From the NCBI GenBank assembly GCA_965223205.1, contig OZ244990.1, positions 2,761,632 to 2,825,631 of the forward strand: 64,000 bases of DNA. Direction: 5' to 3'. Positions 1 to 8,701 of this stretch are shown one piece after another (positions within the stretch are counted from its first letter, which is position 1; every line of letters starts with the position of its first letter). The notes under the pieces are model-generated. The model made no database searches, had not been told where the DNA came from, and saw nothing but the letters and a program-made list of their open reading frames with translations. Source of the DNA: Candidatus Eiseniibacteriota bacterium. Its GTDB lineage: Bacteria; Eisenbacteria; RBG-16-71-46; CAVPCR01; CBDCWB01. Position numbers and translations under genes: made by a program.

Positions 1-223
1 CCGATTCACGATAGATTCGAATTCTACGGTCTCAGCTGCGATCTACGACGTGAACGGACGCCTCGTACGAAGCCTTTTTGAAGAGCAGACTTTTAAAGCC
101 GGGTCACACGAAGCGAACTGGGACGGTGTGGCTCACGGCAGGAGGGCACCATCCGGCGTGTACTTCTTGGACCTGCAGATTGGCAGCGAACACCACCGCG
201 AGAGCCTTGTCCTTGTGAGGTAG
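1..223 (+). CDS. 3' end of a secreted protein with C-terminal FlgD-Ig/T9SS-like domain (5' partial)
   Basis: Frame from nt 2 reads RFTIDSNSTVSAAIYDVNGRLVRSLFEEQTFKAGSHEANWDGVAHGRRAPSGVYFLDLQIGSEHHRESLVLVR-stop (TAG 221-223). IYD..GRLVR, WDG and SGVYF are the tail motifs seen on six other proteins in this window. Confidence 0.85.
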   Translation, partial: RFTIDSNSTVSAAIYDVNGRLVRSLFEEQTFKAGSHEANWDGVAHGRRAPSGVYFLDLQIGSEHHRESLVLVR

Positions 224-305
224 GCCGGAGGCCGTGCAACTGTTGCGTGTTTCTACACCTTCAATGCAAGTAGCGTCGCCCAGCGACTGCTACACTCCCA
301 CATGT

Positions 306-391
306 GCCGGGGTGGTGAAATGGCAGCCACGGCGGACTTAAAATCCGCTGGACGCGAGTCCGTATCGGTTCGAATCCGATCCCCGGCACCA
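306..391 (+). tRNA. trnL: tRNA-Leu (anticodon TAA)
   Basis: GCCGGGG/CCCCGGC acceptor stem plus ACCA; anticodon arm GCGGA-CTTAAAA-TCCGC; long variable arm; GTTCGAATC T-loop. Confidence 0.96.
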
Positions 392-480
392 GGCAACTCG
401 GTCGGAGTCACCGACTGAGCGCCTCGGTACCGATTCCGAATCCCAAGCAAACTCGGCCCCAGCGGCCGACGGATGGACCC

Positions 481-2319
481 ATGGCTGACTCCCAGGTTTC
501 CGCCCAGTCCAGTTTTTTGGACCGCTCGCACGATGACGACGTCCTGCACCGGCAGCGGCACTCGTTCGCGCACGTGCTGGCCCAGGCCGTGCTGCAACTG
601 CGCCCCGGCACCAAGCTGGGGTTCGGACCGCCCACCGACAACGGCTTTTACTACGACTTCGCGCTGGAGGAGCCTCTGACCCCGGAGGAGTTGCCAGCGA
701 TCGAAAAGCGCATGCGGAAGATCATCGGCGGCAACCAGGAGTTCGAACTCAGGGCCATGGAGGCTGATCAGGCCATTCGCCACCTGGAGGGCGCCGGCGA
801 GCACATGAAGGCAGAGTATGCCCGCGACCTCAAAGAGCGCGGCTTTGCCGAGCTGACCTTCTACAAGAACGGACCTTTCGAGGACATGTGCGAGGGGCCC
901 CACGTTGGCCGCACCAAGGAACTCGACGCCAAGGCGTTCAAGCTCGACTCGATCGCCGGTGCCTACTGGCGGGGTGACGAAAGCCGGCCGATGCTCACCC
1001 GGGTTTATGGCCTGGCGTTTGGCTCGAAAGCCGAGCTGGCCGACTTTTTGGAGAAGCGCCGCCTGGCGCAGGAGCGCGATCACCGCAAGCTCGGGCGCGA
1101 GTTGGACTTCTATACGATCTCCGACGAGGTGGGGCCGGGGCTGGTCCTGTGGATGCCGAACGGGACGGTGGTGCGCGACGAACTCGAGGCGTTGGCCAAA
1201 GAAGTGGAGTTCAAAGCCGGCTACCAGCGCGTCCACACCCCCCACATGGCCAAGGAGTCGCTCTACTACACCTCGGGGCACTTGCCCTACTACAAGGATT
1301 CGATGTACCCGCCGATGGAGTTGGAGGGGGAGTCTCCCTACTACCTGAAGGGCATGAACTGCCCGCACCATCACATCATCTTTGCGGCGCGGCCCCACAG
1401 CTACCGGGAGCTGCCCATCCGGCTCGCCGAGTACGGGGACGTCTATCGCTACGAACTCTCCGGCACCCTGGCCGGGCTCCTCAGGGTGCGTGGCATGGCC
1501 ATGAACGACGCCCATATCTACTGCCGCGAGGATCAACTGCAGGACGAGTTCCACAAAGTCCTGGAGATGTGCCGCACCTTCTACGACATGTTTCGGCTGG
1601 ACTACTGGATGCGCTTTTCCATCCACGACCCCGACGACGCCAAGAAGGGTGACAAGTACTTCGACAATCCCGAGGGCTGGGCATTCTCGGAACGGCTGGT
1701 CCAGGAGATGTTGAACGAGCAAGATGTGCCCTTCCAGGTGGGCAAGGGCGAGGCGGCCTTCTACGGCCCCAAGGTCGACTACCAGATCCAAAACGTCGTC
1801 GGTCGGGAGGAGACCGCCTCCACCAACCAGCTGGACTTCGCCAGCGCCACCAACTTCGACCTGCGCTACAAAGGCGACGACGGGGAGTACCACCGGCCGT
1901 TCATTATCCACCGGGCGCCATTGTCGACCCACGAACGCATGGTGTCGTTTTTGATCGAACACTTCGGCGGGGCGTTTCCGACCTGGATGGCGCCGATTCA
2001 GGTGCGGATCATTCCGGTCGCCGACGCCCACCAGGAGTACGCCGAGAAGCTGGTGGCCGAGCTGCGCGGCGCGCTGTTCCGCGCCGAAGTGGACGCCGGT
2101 CCTGACTCCTTCAACAAGCGCATGCGGAACGCCGTCACCTACAAGATCCCCAATGTTCTGGTGGTCGGGCAGCGTGAAGTCGAGACCCAATCGGTCACCT
2201 GGCGGCGCTATGCCGTCACCGAGCAAACGACTGTCGCCGCAGCCGCCTTCCAGGAGTGCCTAGAAGTCCTGCGGCGGGAGCGCCGGATGGACAATTTTGC
2301 AGACGTGGAGGTGCCATAA
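481..2319 (+). CDS. thrS: Threonyl-tRNA synthetase (short form without the N-terminal TGS domain)
   Basis: RHSFAHVLAQAV, CEGPHV, RDHRKLG, MNCPHH, YGPKVD and IHRA motifs. Confidence 0.98.
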   Translation: MADSQVSAQSSFLDRSHDDDVLHRQRHSFAHVLAQAVLQLRPGTKLGFGPPTDNGFYYDFALEEPLTPEELPAIEKRMRKIIGGNQEFELRAMEADQAIRHLEGAGEHMKAEYARDLKERGFAELTFYKNGPFEDMCEGPHVGRTKELDAKAFKLDSIAGAYWRGDESRPMLTRVYGLAFGSKAELADFLEKRRLAQERDHRKLGRELDFYTISDEVGPGLVLWMPNGTVVRDELEALAKEVEFKAGYQRVHTPHMAKESLYYTSGHLPYYKDSMYPPMELEGESPYYLKGMNCPHHHIIFAARPHSYRELPIRLAEYGDVYRYELSGTLAGLLRVRGMAMNDAHIYCREDQLQDEFHKVLEMCRTFYDMFRLDYWMRFSIHDPDDAKKGDKYFDNPEGWAFSERLVQEMLNEQDVPFQVGKGEAAFYGPKVDYQIQNVVGREETASTNQLDFASATNFDLRYKGDDGEYHRPFIIHRAPLSTHERMVSFLIEHFGGAFPTWMAPIQVRIIPVADAHQEYAEKLVAELRGALFRAEVDAGPDSFNKRMRNAVTYKIPNVLVVGQREVETQSVTWRRYAVTEQTTVAAAAFQECLEVLRRERRMDNFADVEVP

Positions 2320-2361
2320 GCCACGAATTGGGAACAACTTCACCCTTCAAGCGTGGCTTTC

Positions 2362-2391
2362 TTGACACTCGCGCCGGGGCTCTGATAGCGT
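2362..2391 (+). promoter_or_regulatory. Sigma70-type promoter of the nuo operon
   Basis: TTGACA (2362-2367), 18-nt spacer, TAGCGT (2386-2391) with extended -10 TGn. Confidence 0.6.
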
Positions 2392-2399
2392 CCCGGCGC

Positions 2400-2417
2400 T
2401 TGTGCATTTTTTCACAA
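2400..2417. promoter_or_regulatory. Rex-like operator (CRP-like palindrome as alternative)
   Basis: TTGTGCA-TTTT-TTCACAA matches 13 of 14 defined positions of the Rex consensus TTGTGAA-N4-TTCACAA and lies just downstream of the -10 (repressor position). Confidence 0.65.
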
Positions 2418-2460
2418 AGTCGGGTGGCAGCGGGCTGGCTTGAGCCGCGCCGAAAACGGC

Positions 2461-2817
2461 ATGGAACACTTCCTACCGCTCATTTTCCTGATGCTCTTGG
2501 TGGCGGCGTTTGCCGGCGGCACGATCTTTGCGACCCAGTTCGCCGGTCGCTTCAGACCCACCGTCGCTAAACGCACGACCTACGAGTGCGGCGTCTCCCC
2601 GGTGGGAGATGCCCGCGAGCGCGTGCCCGTGCGCTTCTACCTGGTCGCCATGCTGTTCATCATCTTTGATATCGAGGCGACGTTCTTGATCCCCTGGGCT
2701 GTCCTCTTCAGGAAGTTGGGAGTCTTTGGGTTGATCGAGATGGGCGTGTTCATCGGCATGCTGGTCTTGGGTTACATCTACATCTGGCGCCGCGGCGCCT
2801 TCAACTGGAACGCCTGA
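2461..2817 (+). CDS. nuoA: NADH-quinone oxidoreductase subunit A
   Basis: YECG, RFYLVAMLFIIFDIE and YIWRRGAFNW motifs. ATG 2461 preferred over TTG 2440. Confidence 0.96.
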   Translation: MEHFLPLIFLMLLVAAFAGGTIFATQFAGRFRPTVAKRTTYECGVSPVGDARERVPVRFYLVAMLFIIFDIEATFLIPWAVLFRKLGVFGLIEMGVFIGMLVLGYIYIWRRGAFNWNA

Positions 2818-3287
2818 TGGCGCTGACCGGTAGTGAACGCGCCGAGTTCGACCGGGCCTGTGCCCCGTTCCCCGACCGGCGGAGCGGCCTTTTGGGGGCG
2901 CTCTACGTCATCCAGGGGCAGCGCGGCGGCTGGATCGATCGCGATGCCATGCGCGACGTGGCCGAGTACTTTGACCTGCACCCTATGCAGGTCGAGGAAG
3001 TCGTCACTTTCTATACGATGTTCAATACCCAGCCGGTCGGGCGCCACCACCTCCAAGTGTGCCGATCGGTGTCGTGTTTCGTCATGGGGTGTAACGGCAT
3101 AGTCGAGCACCTGCGCCGGAAGCTCGGCATCGAGCCCGGGCAGACCACCGCCGATGGCCGCTTTACGCTGAATACGGTCGAGTGCCTGGGGGCCTGTGGC
3201 ACCGCGCCGGCCATGCAGGTGAACGAGGACTACCACGAGAATCTGACCGTCGAGTCGCTCGACCGCCTCTTGGACGAGCTGCCCTAA
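2817..3287 (+). CDS. nuoE: NADH-quinone oxidoreductase subunit E (2Fe-2S)
   Basis: EEVVTFYTMF, CRSVSC and ECLGAC..AP (four 2Fe-2S cysteines intact). Overlaps nuoA stop (TGATG). Confidence 0.94.
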   Translation: MALTGSERAEFDRACAPFPDRRSGLLGALYVIQGQRGGWIDRDAMRDVAEYFDLHPMQVEEVVTFYTMFNTQPVGRHHLQVCRSVSCFVMGCNGIVEHLRRKLGIEPGQTTADGRFTLNTVECLGACGTAPAMQVNEDYHENLTVESLDRLLDELP

Positions 3288-4297
3288 TGCCGGAGTGGGC
3301 TGGGGTCATCGCCGGTGCAGCGACCAAGGCTCTGGTCGTCTTCGTCGTCCTCTTAACCATCGCCGCTTATACCGTCTATCTGGAACGCAAAGTGCTCGGC
3401 CACATTCAAACGCGCCGCGGCCCTTTGTACGTCGGCTTTCACGGTCTGTTGCAACCGCTGGCCGACGTGGTCAAGCTCCTCACCAAAGAGGACGTCATTC
3501 CCGACGGCGCCGATCGGGGCCTGTTTGCGCTGGCGCCAGCCATCTCGGTGTTTACGGCCCTGGTGGCCATTGCGGTCATTCCGTTCGGCGATCACTGGAC
3601 CCTCTTCGGGCATCGCATCCCCTTGAGTGTCGCTGACTTGAACGTCGGCATTCTTTACATTTTGGCGGTGACGAGCTTGGGGGTCTACGGCCTGATCCTC
3701 GGTGGTTGGTCTTCCAACAACAAGTTCGCGCTGCTGGGTAGCCTGCGCAGCTCGGCGCAGATGATCAGCTACGAGCTGGCGCTCGGGCTGACGTTGATCG
3801 GCCCGATCATGTTGGCGGGTACCCTGAGAATGCGGGGCATCGTCGAAGCGCAAACCGACCTCTGGTTCATCTTCCTGCAGCCCTTGGCGTTCGTCCTCTA
3901 TCTGATCAGCGGCCTAGCCGAAATCAACCGGGTGCCGTTCGACCTCCCGGAGGCTGAGTCAGAGCTGGTAGCCGGTTACCACATCGAATATTCCGGGATG
4001 AAGTTCGCCTTCTTTTTCCTCGGCGAGTACGTCAACATGATCACCGTCGCGGCGATCGCAACAACGTTGTTTCTCGGTGGTTGGCACGGCCCGTTCGGCT
4101 GGAACCACCCGGCCTTGGGGCCGATTTGGTTCTTGGCGAAGGTGGTGGCGGTGATGCTTTTCTTCATCTGGGTGCGTGGCACGCTGCCGCGCTTTCGCTA
4201 CGACCAGCTCATGAACTTTGGGTGGAAGGTGCTGTTGCCCTTGGCGCTTCTCAATATCGTGCTGACCGCCGCCGGCATCGTCCTCTGGGGGGGCTGA
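3287..4297 (+). CDS. nuoH: NADH-quinone oxidoreductase subunit H
   Basis: ERKVLGHIQTRRGP, LLQPLADVVKLLTKE, NRVPFDLPEAESELVAGY, RFRYDQLM. ATG 3287 overlaps nuoE stop (TAATG). Confidence 0.97.
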   Translation: MPEWAGVIAGAATKALVVFVVLLTIAAYTVYLERKVLGHIQTRRGPLYVGFHGLLQPLADVVKLLTKEDVIPDGADRGLFALAPAISVFTALVAIAVIPFGDHWTLFGHRIPLSVADLNVGILYILAVTSLGVYGLILGGWSSNNKFALLGSLRSSAQMISYELALGLTLIGPIMLAGTLRMRGIVEAQTDLWFIFLQPLAFVLYLISGLAEINRVPFDLPEAESELVAGYHIEYSGMKFAFFFLGEYVNMITVAAIATTLFLGGWHGPFGWNHPALGPIWFLAKVVAVMLFFIWVRGTLPRFRYDQLMNFGWKVLLPLALLNIVLTAAGIVLWGG

Positions 4298-4298
4298 G

Positions 4299-4871
4299 AT
4301 GGATGCTCTCCTCTTTGTGCTCTTGGCGTTGACCACAATTGGCGCGTCCATTGCTCTGGTCGCCCATCGCAACGCGGTCTACTGCGCGCTGGCGATGGTG
4401 GTGGTCTTCGTGGCCACCGCCATCTTGTTCCTCTTGCTCGAGGCGCCCTTTTTGGCCGCGCTCCAGGTCATAGTCTACGCGGGCGCCATCGTCGTGCTCT
4501 TCTTGTTTGTCATTTCTTACCTGAACCTGCGCACCGACTCATTGGTCGAGACCAACCGTGGCGCGGTGATGTTTGCCGTGGCGGCTGCCGTCCTCCTGGC
4601 GGTGGAGTTGTGGGTGGCGGTGGCCACCCGCCAGCCGCAGGTGGCGCCGGTCACCGCCGAGGGCTTTGGCTCGGTGGAGCACGTCGGCGAGGCCCTGTTC
4701 TCCCGCTACATCGTCGCTTTTGAGGTGACCTCGGTCCTTCTGATCGTCGCTATGGTCGGTGCCGTGGTTTTGGCACAACGGGTGGCGAAGCGCCGCGGCG
4801 AGCCCGCCGGCATTGCCGAAACGGCCACCGAGGTCGGCGCTGTCGACGAAGTCAAGGAGCTGAGCGCTTGA
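4299..4871 (+). CDS. nuoJ: NADH-quinone oxidoreductase subunit J
   Basis: [16 protein letters not shown] and [16 protein letters not shown]. Confidence 0.95.
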   Translation: MDALLFVLLALTTIGASIALVAHRNAVYCALAMVVVFVATAILFLLLEAPFLAALQVIVYAGAIVVLFLFVISYLNLRTDSLVETNRGAVMFAVAAAVLLAVELWVAVATRQPQVAPVTAEGFGSVEHVGEALFSRYIVAFEVTSVLLIVAMVGAVVLAQRVAKRRGEPAGIAETATEVGAVDEVKELSA

Positions 4872-5167
4872 ATCCGACTTGGGTCATGGGGTTGGCTGCA
4901 GCCCTGTTCACCATCGGCACGGTTGGCGTCCTCGTGCGCCGCGAGGCGCTGGTGATCTTCATGTGCATCGAGTTGATGTTGAATGCGGTCAACCTGACCT
5001 TTGTCGCCGCCAGCCGCCAGCTCGGTAACATCGACGGGCACATCGCCACGCTGTTCGCGCTGGCAGTGGCGGCCGCCGAGGTGGTGGTTGGCCTGGCAAT
5101 CATCGTGGCCATCTTCCGGAAAGAGCAGACGACCGATGTCGATCGGATCAAGCTCTTGCGCTTCTAA
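4868..5167 (+). CDS. nuoK: NADH-quinone oxidoreductase subunit K
   Basis: [12 protein letters not shown] and [15 protein letters not shown] start overlaps nuoJ stop. Confidence 0.96.
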   Translation: MNPTWVMGLAAALFTIGTVGVLVRREALVIFMCIELMLNAVNLTFVAASRQLGNIDGHIATLFALAVAAAEVVVGLAIIVAIFRKEQTTDVDRIKLLRF

Positions 5168-5182
5168 GCGGGGCGACAGCCG

Positions 5183-7099
5183 ATGACCGGACTCTTTTGG
5201 ATCCCCCTCCTGCCGCTTCTGGGGGCCCTGGTCAACGGCCTGCTCGGCCGGCGGCTTTGGGCGGTGGCGGCCGCGTGGGTGGCGCAGGCCGCCGCGCTGG
5301 GCGCCTTCATTGCCGCGCTCTTGGCGGTGGTCCAGCTCCTCGGTCTCCCGGCTGCCGAGCGCGTCTTAACGCAGAACGCCGGCACGTGGTTGGCGGTCGG
5401 ACCATTGAGCGTCGATTGGGCGCTCCGGCTTGACGCCTTGAGTGCGGTCATGGTGCTGGTGGTGACCGGCGTCGGATTTTTGATCCACGTTTACTCGCGC
5501 GGTTACATCCACGGCGACGGCGCCGAGTGGCGCTACTTCACCTACCTGAACCTGTTCCTGACAGCGATGCTGTTCTTGGTGCTGGGGCAGAACCTCTTGG
5601 TGGTCTTCTTGGGTTGGGAGGGGGTGGGGTTGTGCTCCTACCTCCTCATTGGCTTTTGGTACACCAAGGAGGCACCGCCGCGGGCCGGCATGAAGGCGTT
5701 CATCGTCAATCGGGTCGGTGACTTCGCTTTTCTCCTGGGCATGTTGCTCTTGGTCCATACGTTTCAGACCTTGGACATCCCCGAGATTCTGGAGCGCATG
5801 CCCCGCGAGTTGCCGTGGATGAGCGGCATCGCGACGGCGGTGGCCGTCCTGCTCTTTATTGGGGCTTGTGGCAAGTCCGCCCAACTGCCGCTCCACGTCT
5901 GGTTGCCCGACGCCATGGAGGGGCCGACCCCGGTCTCGGCCTTGATCCATGCTGCCACCATGGTGACCGCTGGCGTCTACCTGGTCGTCCGCATGCACGT
6001 GGTCTACCTCTGGGCGTCACCCAACGTGCTGGTGGCTATCACCGCCGTCGGGCTGACCACGGCCCTGGTGGCTGCCACCATCGGTCTGGTGCAAAACGAT
6101 ATCAAGCGCGTCTTGGCCTACTCGACCGTGTCACAGCTGGGTTACATGTTCCTGGCTTGTGGGGTCGGAGCGTTCAGCGCCGCCGTTTTCCACCTGATGA
6201 CCCACGCCTTCTTTAAGGCGCTCTTGTTCTTGGGGTCGGGTAGCGTCATCCACGCGATGGCGGGTGAGCAGGACATGCGGCGCATGGGCGGGCTCAGGCG
6301 TCACCTGCCGGTGACGCATGCGACGTTCTTGATCGGCACCCTGGCCATCGCCGGGATTTTTCCTCTGGCCGGCTTCTTTTCCAAAGATGCCATCCTTTTG
6401 GAAGTGTTTATGGAGCGCGGCCCGATCCTCTGGGGTTTGGGCACCCTCGGCGCGTTCTTGACGGCGTTTTACATGTTCCGGCTTATGGCTTTGACGTTTT
6501 ATGGCAAAAGCCGGGTGCCCGATGACGTCCACCCCCACGAGTCGCCGCGCTCGATGACCGTGGCGTTGCAGGTCTTGGCGGTCTTGTCGGTGATCGGCGG
6601 TTGGGTGGGCATCACCTTCATCAAGGGGGGCAACCGTTTTGCCCAGTTCCTGGAGCCGGTGTTCGACTCCGCCTCGCACATTGAGGTGCTCGAGCACCAC
6701 GGCCACCACCCGAGCCTGGCCACCGAGCTGACTCTCGGGGGGATTGCCTTGGCTGTGGCGGCGGCTGGCCTCGTACTGGCGGCATGGGCCTACGTCCGTA
6801 CCCCGAACCTGGCGGCGCGGCTCCAGCGCGCGGCCGGTCCGCTCTACGGGCTCTTCCGTGGCAAGTACTTCTTTGACGAGATCTACGAGGCGCTCATCAC
6901 CCGTCCCTTGGCGCGGCTGGCGCACACGACCTACGAGCGGTTTGACTCCGCCGTGGTAGACGGCGTGGTCAACGGCACCGGCAGTCTTGTGCGCGGCGCC
7001 GGTCGCTTGCTCCGGCCCATGCAGTCGGGCTACGTCCGCCGCTACGCCATGATCTTTGCACTCGGCGTCGCTGCCCTCGTCGGCTTGACGATGCGCTAG
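5183..7099 (+). CDS. nuoL: NADH-quinone oxidoreductase subunit L
   Basis: WEGVGLCSYLLIGFW, GKSAQLPLHVWLPDAMEGPTPVSALIHAATMV, HLMTHAFFKALLF. Confidence 0.97.
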   Translation: MTGLFWIPLLPLLGALVNGLLGRRLWAVAAAWVAQAAALGAFIAALLAVVQLLGLPAAERVLTQNAGTWLAVGPLSVDWALRLDALSAVMVLVVTGVGFLIHVYSRGYIHGDGAEWRYFTYLNLFLTAMLFLVLGQNLLVVFLGWEGVGLCSYLLIGFWYTKEAPPRAGMKAFIVNRVGDFAFLLGMLLLVHTFQTLDIPEILERMPRELPWMSGIATAVAVLLFIGACGKSAQLPLHVWLPDAMEGPTPVSALIHAATMVTAGVYLVVRMHVVYLWASPNVLVAITAVGLTTALVAATIGLVQNDIKRVLAYSTVSQLGYMFLACGVGAFSAAVFHLMTHAFFKALLFLGSGSVIHAMAGEQDMRRMGGLRRHLPVTHATFLIGTLAIAGIFPLAGFFSKDAILLEVFMERGPILWGLGTLGAFLTAFYMFRLMALTFYGKSRVPDDVHPHESPRSMTVALQVLAVLSVIGGWVGITFIKGGNRFAQFLEPVFDSASHIEVLEHHGHHPSLATELTLGGIALAVAAAGLVLAAWAYVRTPNLAARLQRAAGPLYGLFRGKYFFDEIYEALITRPLARLAHTTYERFDSAVVDGVVNGTGSLVRGAGRLLRPMQSGYVRRYAMIFALGVAALVGLTMR

Positions 7100-7102
7100 G
7101 GG

Positions 7103-8701
7103 ATGGATGTGACCGATCACCTCTTGAGTTGGCTCTTCCTCATCCCGCTGGTCACCGGCGTCGGACTATTGGCTTTGCCACGCCGCTGGGGCGGCGCCGC
7201 CATGGCGACGGCGTTGGCTGGCGCCACCGCCACGCTGGTCGTGTCGCTGGTAGCCTGGTCTCGATTCGACGCCGGCACCGCCCGCCTCCAGTTCGAGGAG
7301 CAACTCGCTTGGATCCCGGCGATCGGTGCGTCCTACCATGTCGGCGCTGACGGGCTCAGCATCACCCTCTTGCTCCTCACGGCGTTGATCACGCCCTTGG
7401 CAATCTGGGGATCGGCAGCGTCGATCACCCATCGCCGGCGCGACTTCCTGGCGTTTCTCTTGTTGCTCGAGGCAGCGATGATCGGTGTCTTCATCGCCCT
7501 CGATCTCTTGCTCTTCTATCTGTTCTGGGAAGCGATGCTGATCCCGATGGCGCTCTTAATCGGCATCTGGGGTGGGTCCAACCGCGTCTACGCCGCCGTC
7601 AAGTTCTTCCTGTACACCATGGCCGGCAGTGTCTTGATGCTGGTGGCCATCTTGACCTTGGTCGGCGTCGGGCGCGGGGCGCTGGGAAACCCCACCTTCG
7701 ACCTCCTTGAGCTCCAACAATTGGCCTTTACGCCTGGCCTGGAGCGTTGGCTGTTCTTGGCCTTTGCCTTGGCGTTTGCCATCAAGGTGCCGCTCTTTCC
7801 GCTGCACACCTGGTTGCCCGACGCCCACACGCAGGCGCCCACTGCCGGCAGCGTGATTTTGGCGGGCGTCCTCCTGAAAATGGGGACCTACGGTTTCCTA
7901 CGCTTTTGCCTGCCCCTGTTTCCGGGGGCCATGGCGGCGGCGGCGCCGTGGTTTGCCTGGCTTGCCCTCTTCGGCATCATCTATGGGGCGTTGATGGCCT
8001 ATGCCCAGACGGACATCAAGAAGTTGGTGGCGTACTCGAGCGTCAGCCACCTGGGGTGGGTTGTGCTCGGCCTCTTTGCGCTCAACGAAGCCGGGTTGGC
8101 TGGCAGTCTTTTGCAGATGGTCAACCATGGCATCGTCACCGGCGCCCTCTTCCTAGTGGTGGGCATGGTCTACGACCGCGCCCACACCCGCGAGATCGAC
8201 CGCTTTGGCGGCTTGGCCCAGACGATGCCCGTGTGCGCCAGCTTCATGCTGCTTTTTACCTTGGCGTCGATCGGGTTGCCGGGGACCAACGGCTTCGTCG
8301 GCGAGTTCTCGATTTTGGTCGGCGCCTTCCAAGCCCGGCCAGCCTACGCGGTGGTGGCGGCATTGGGCGTCGTCCTGGGCGCGCTCTATATGCTGAGTCT
8401 TTATCGGCGCGTGTTCTTCGGCGCCCCCAGCGAGCTGTCCGCCCAGCTGCCTGATCTGAGTTTGCGCGAGAAGCTGGTGCTGGTGCCTTTGGCTGTCCTG
8501 GTGGTGTGGATCGGTGTCCAACCGGGGCCGACCATGGACGTCTCGCGCGCCACGCTGCAGGCCCTCGAAAACCAGGCCGAGGCCAAGCGCCGGGCGAGCG
8601 CCGAGCCACCCGCCGAAGCGCGCGCCTGGGTTTGGGACGCTGAATCTGGGACCCGCTTGCGCACCAGCCTGGCGACGCCGGTGCGCCGGAGCACACCATG
8701 A
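7103..8701 (+). CDS. nuoM: NADH-quinone oxidoreductase subunit M (with a hydrophilic C-terminal extension)
   Basis: AIKVPLFPLHTWLPDAHTQAPTAGS, LLKMGTYG, ASIGLPGTNGFVGE. Confidence 0.96.
   Translation: MDVTDHLLSWLFLIPLVTGVGLLALPRRWGGAAMATALAGATATLVVSLVAWSRFDAGTARLQFEEQLAWIPAIGASYHVGADGLSITLLLLTALITPLAIWGSAASITHRRRDFLAFLLLLEAAMIGVFIALDLLLFYLFWEAMLIPMALLIGIWGGSNRVYAAVKFFLYTMAGSVLMLVAILTLVGVGRGALGNPTFDLLELQQLAFTPGLERWLFLAFALAFAIKVPLFPLHTWLPDAHTQAPTAGSVILAGVLLKMGTYGFLRFCLPLFPGAMAAAAPWFAWLALFGIIYGALMAYAQTDIKKLVAYSSVSHLGWVVLGLFALNEAGLAGSLLQMVNHGIVTGALFLVVGMVYDRAHTREIDRFGGLAQTMPVCASFMLLFTLASIGLPGTNGFVGEFSILVGAFQARPAYAVVAALGVVLGALYMLSLYRRVFFGAPSELSAQLPDLSLREKLVLVPLAVLVVWIGVQPGPTMDVSRATLQALENQAEAKRRASAEPPAEARAWVWDAESGTRLRTSLATPVRRSTP

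Noticed and set aside
253-2226. 657-aa minus-strand ORF, and similar long antisense ORFs at 6131-7120, 11900-12997, 13629-14411, 14487-15593 and 51335-52504
   Set aside because: Shadow ORFs opposite well-conserved genes in GC-rich DNA; no motifs or RBS.
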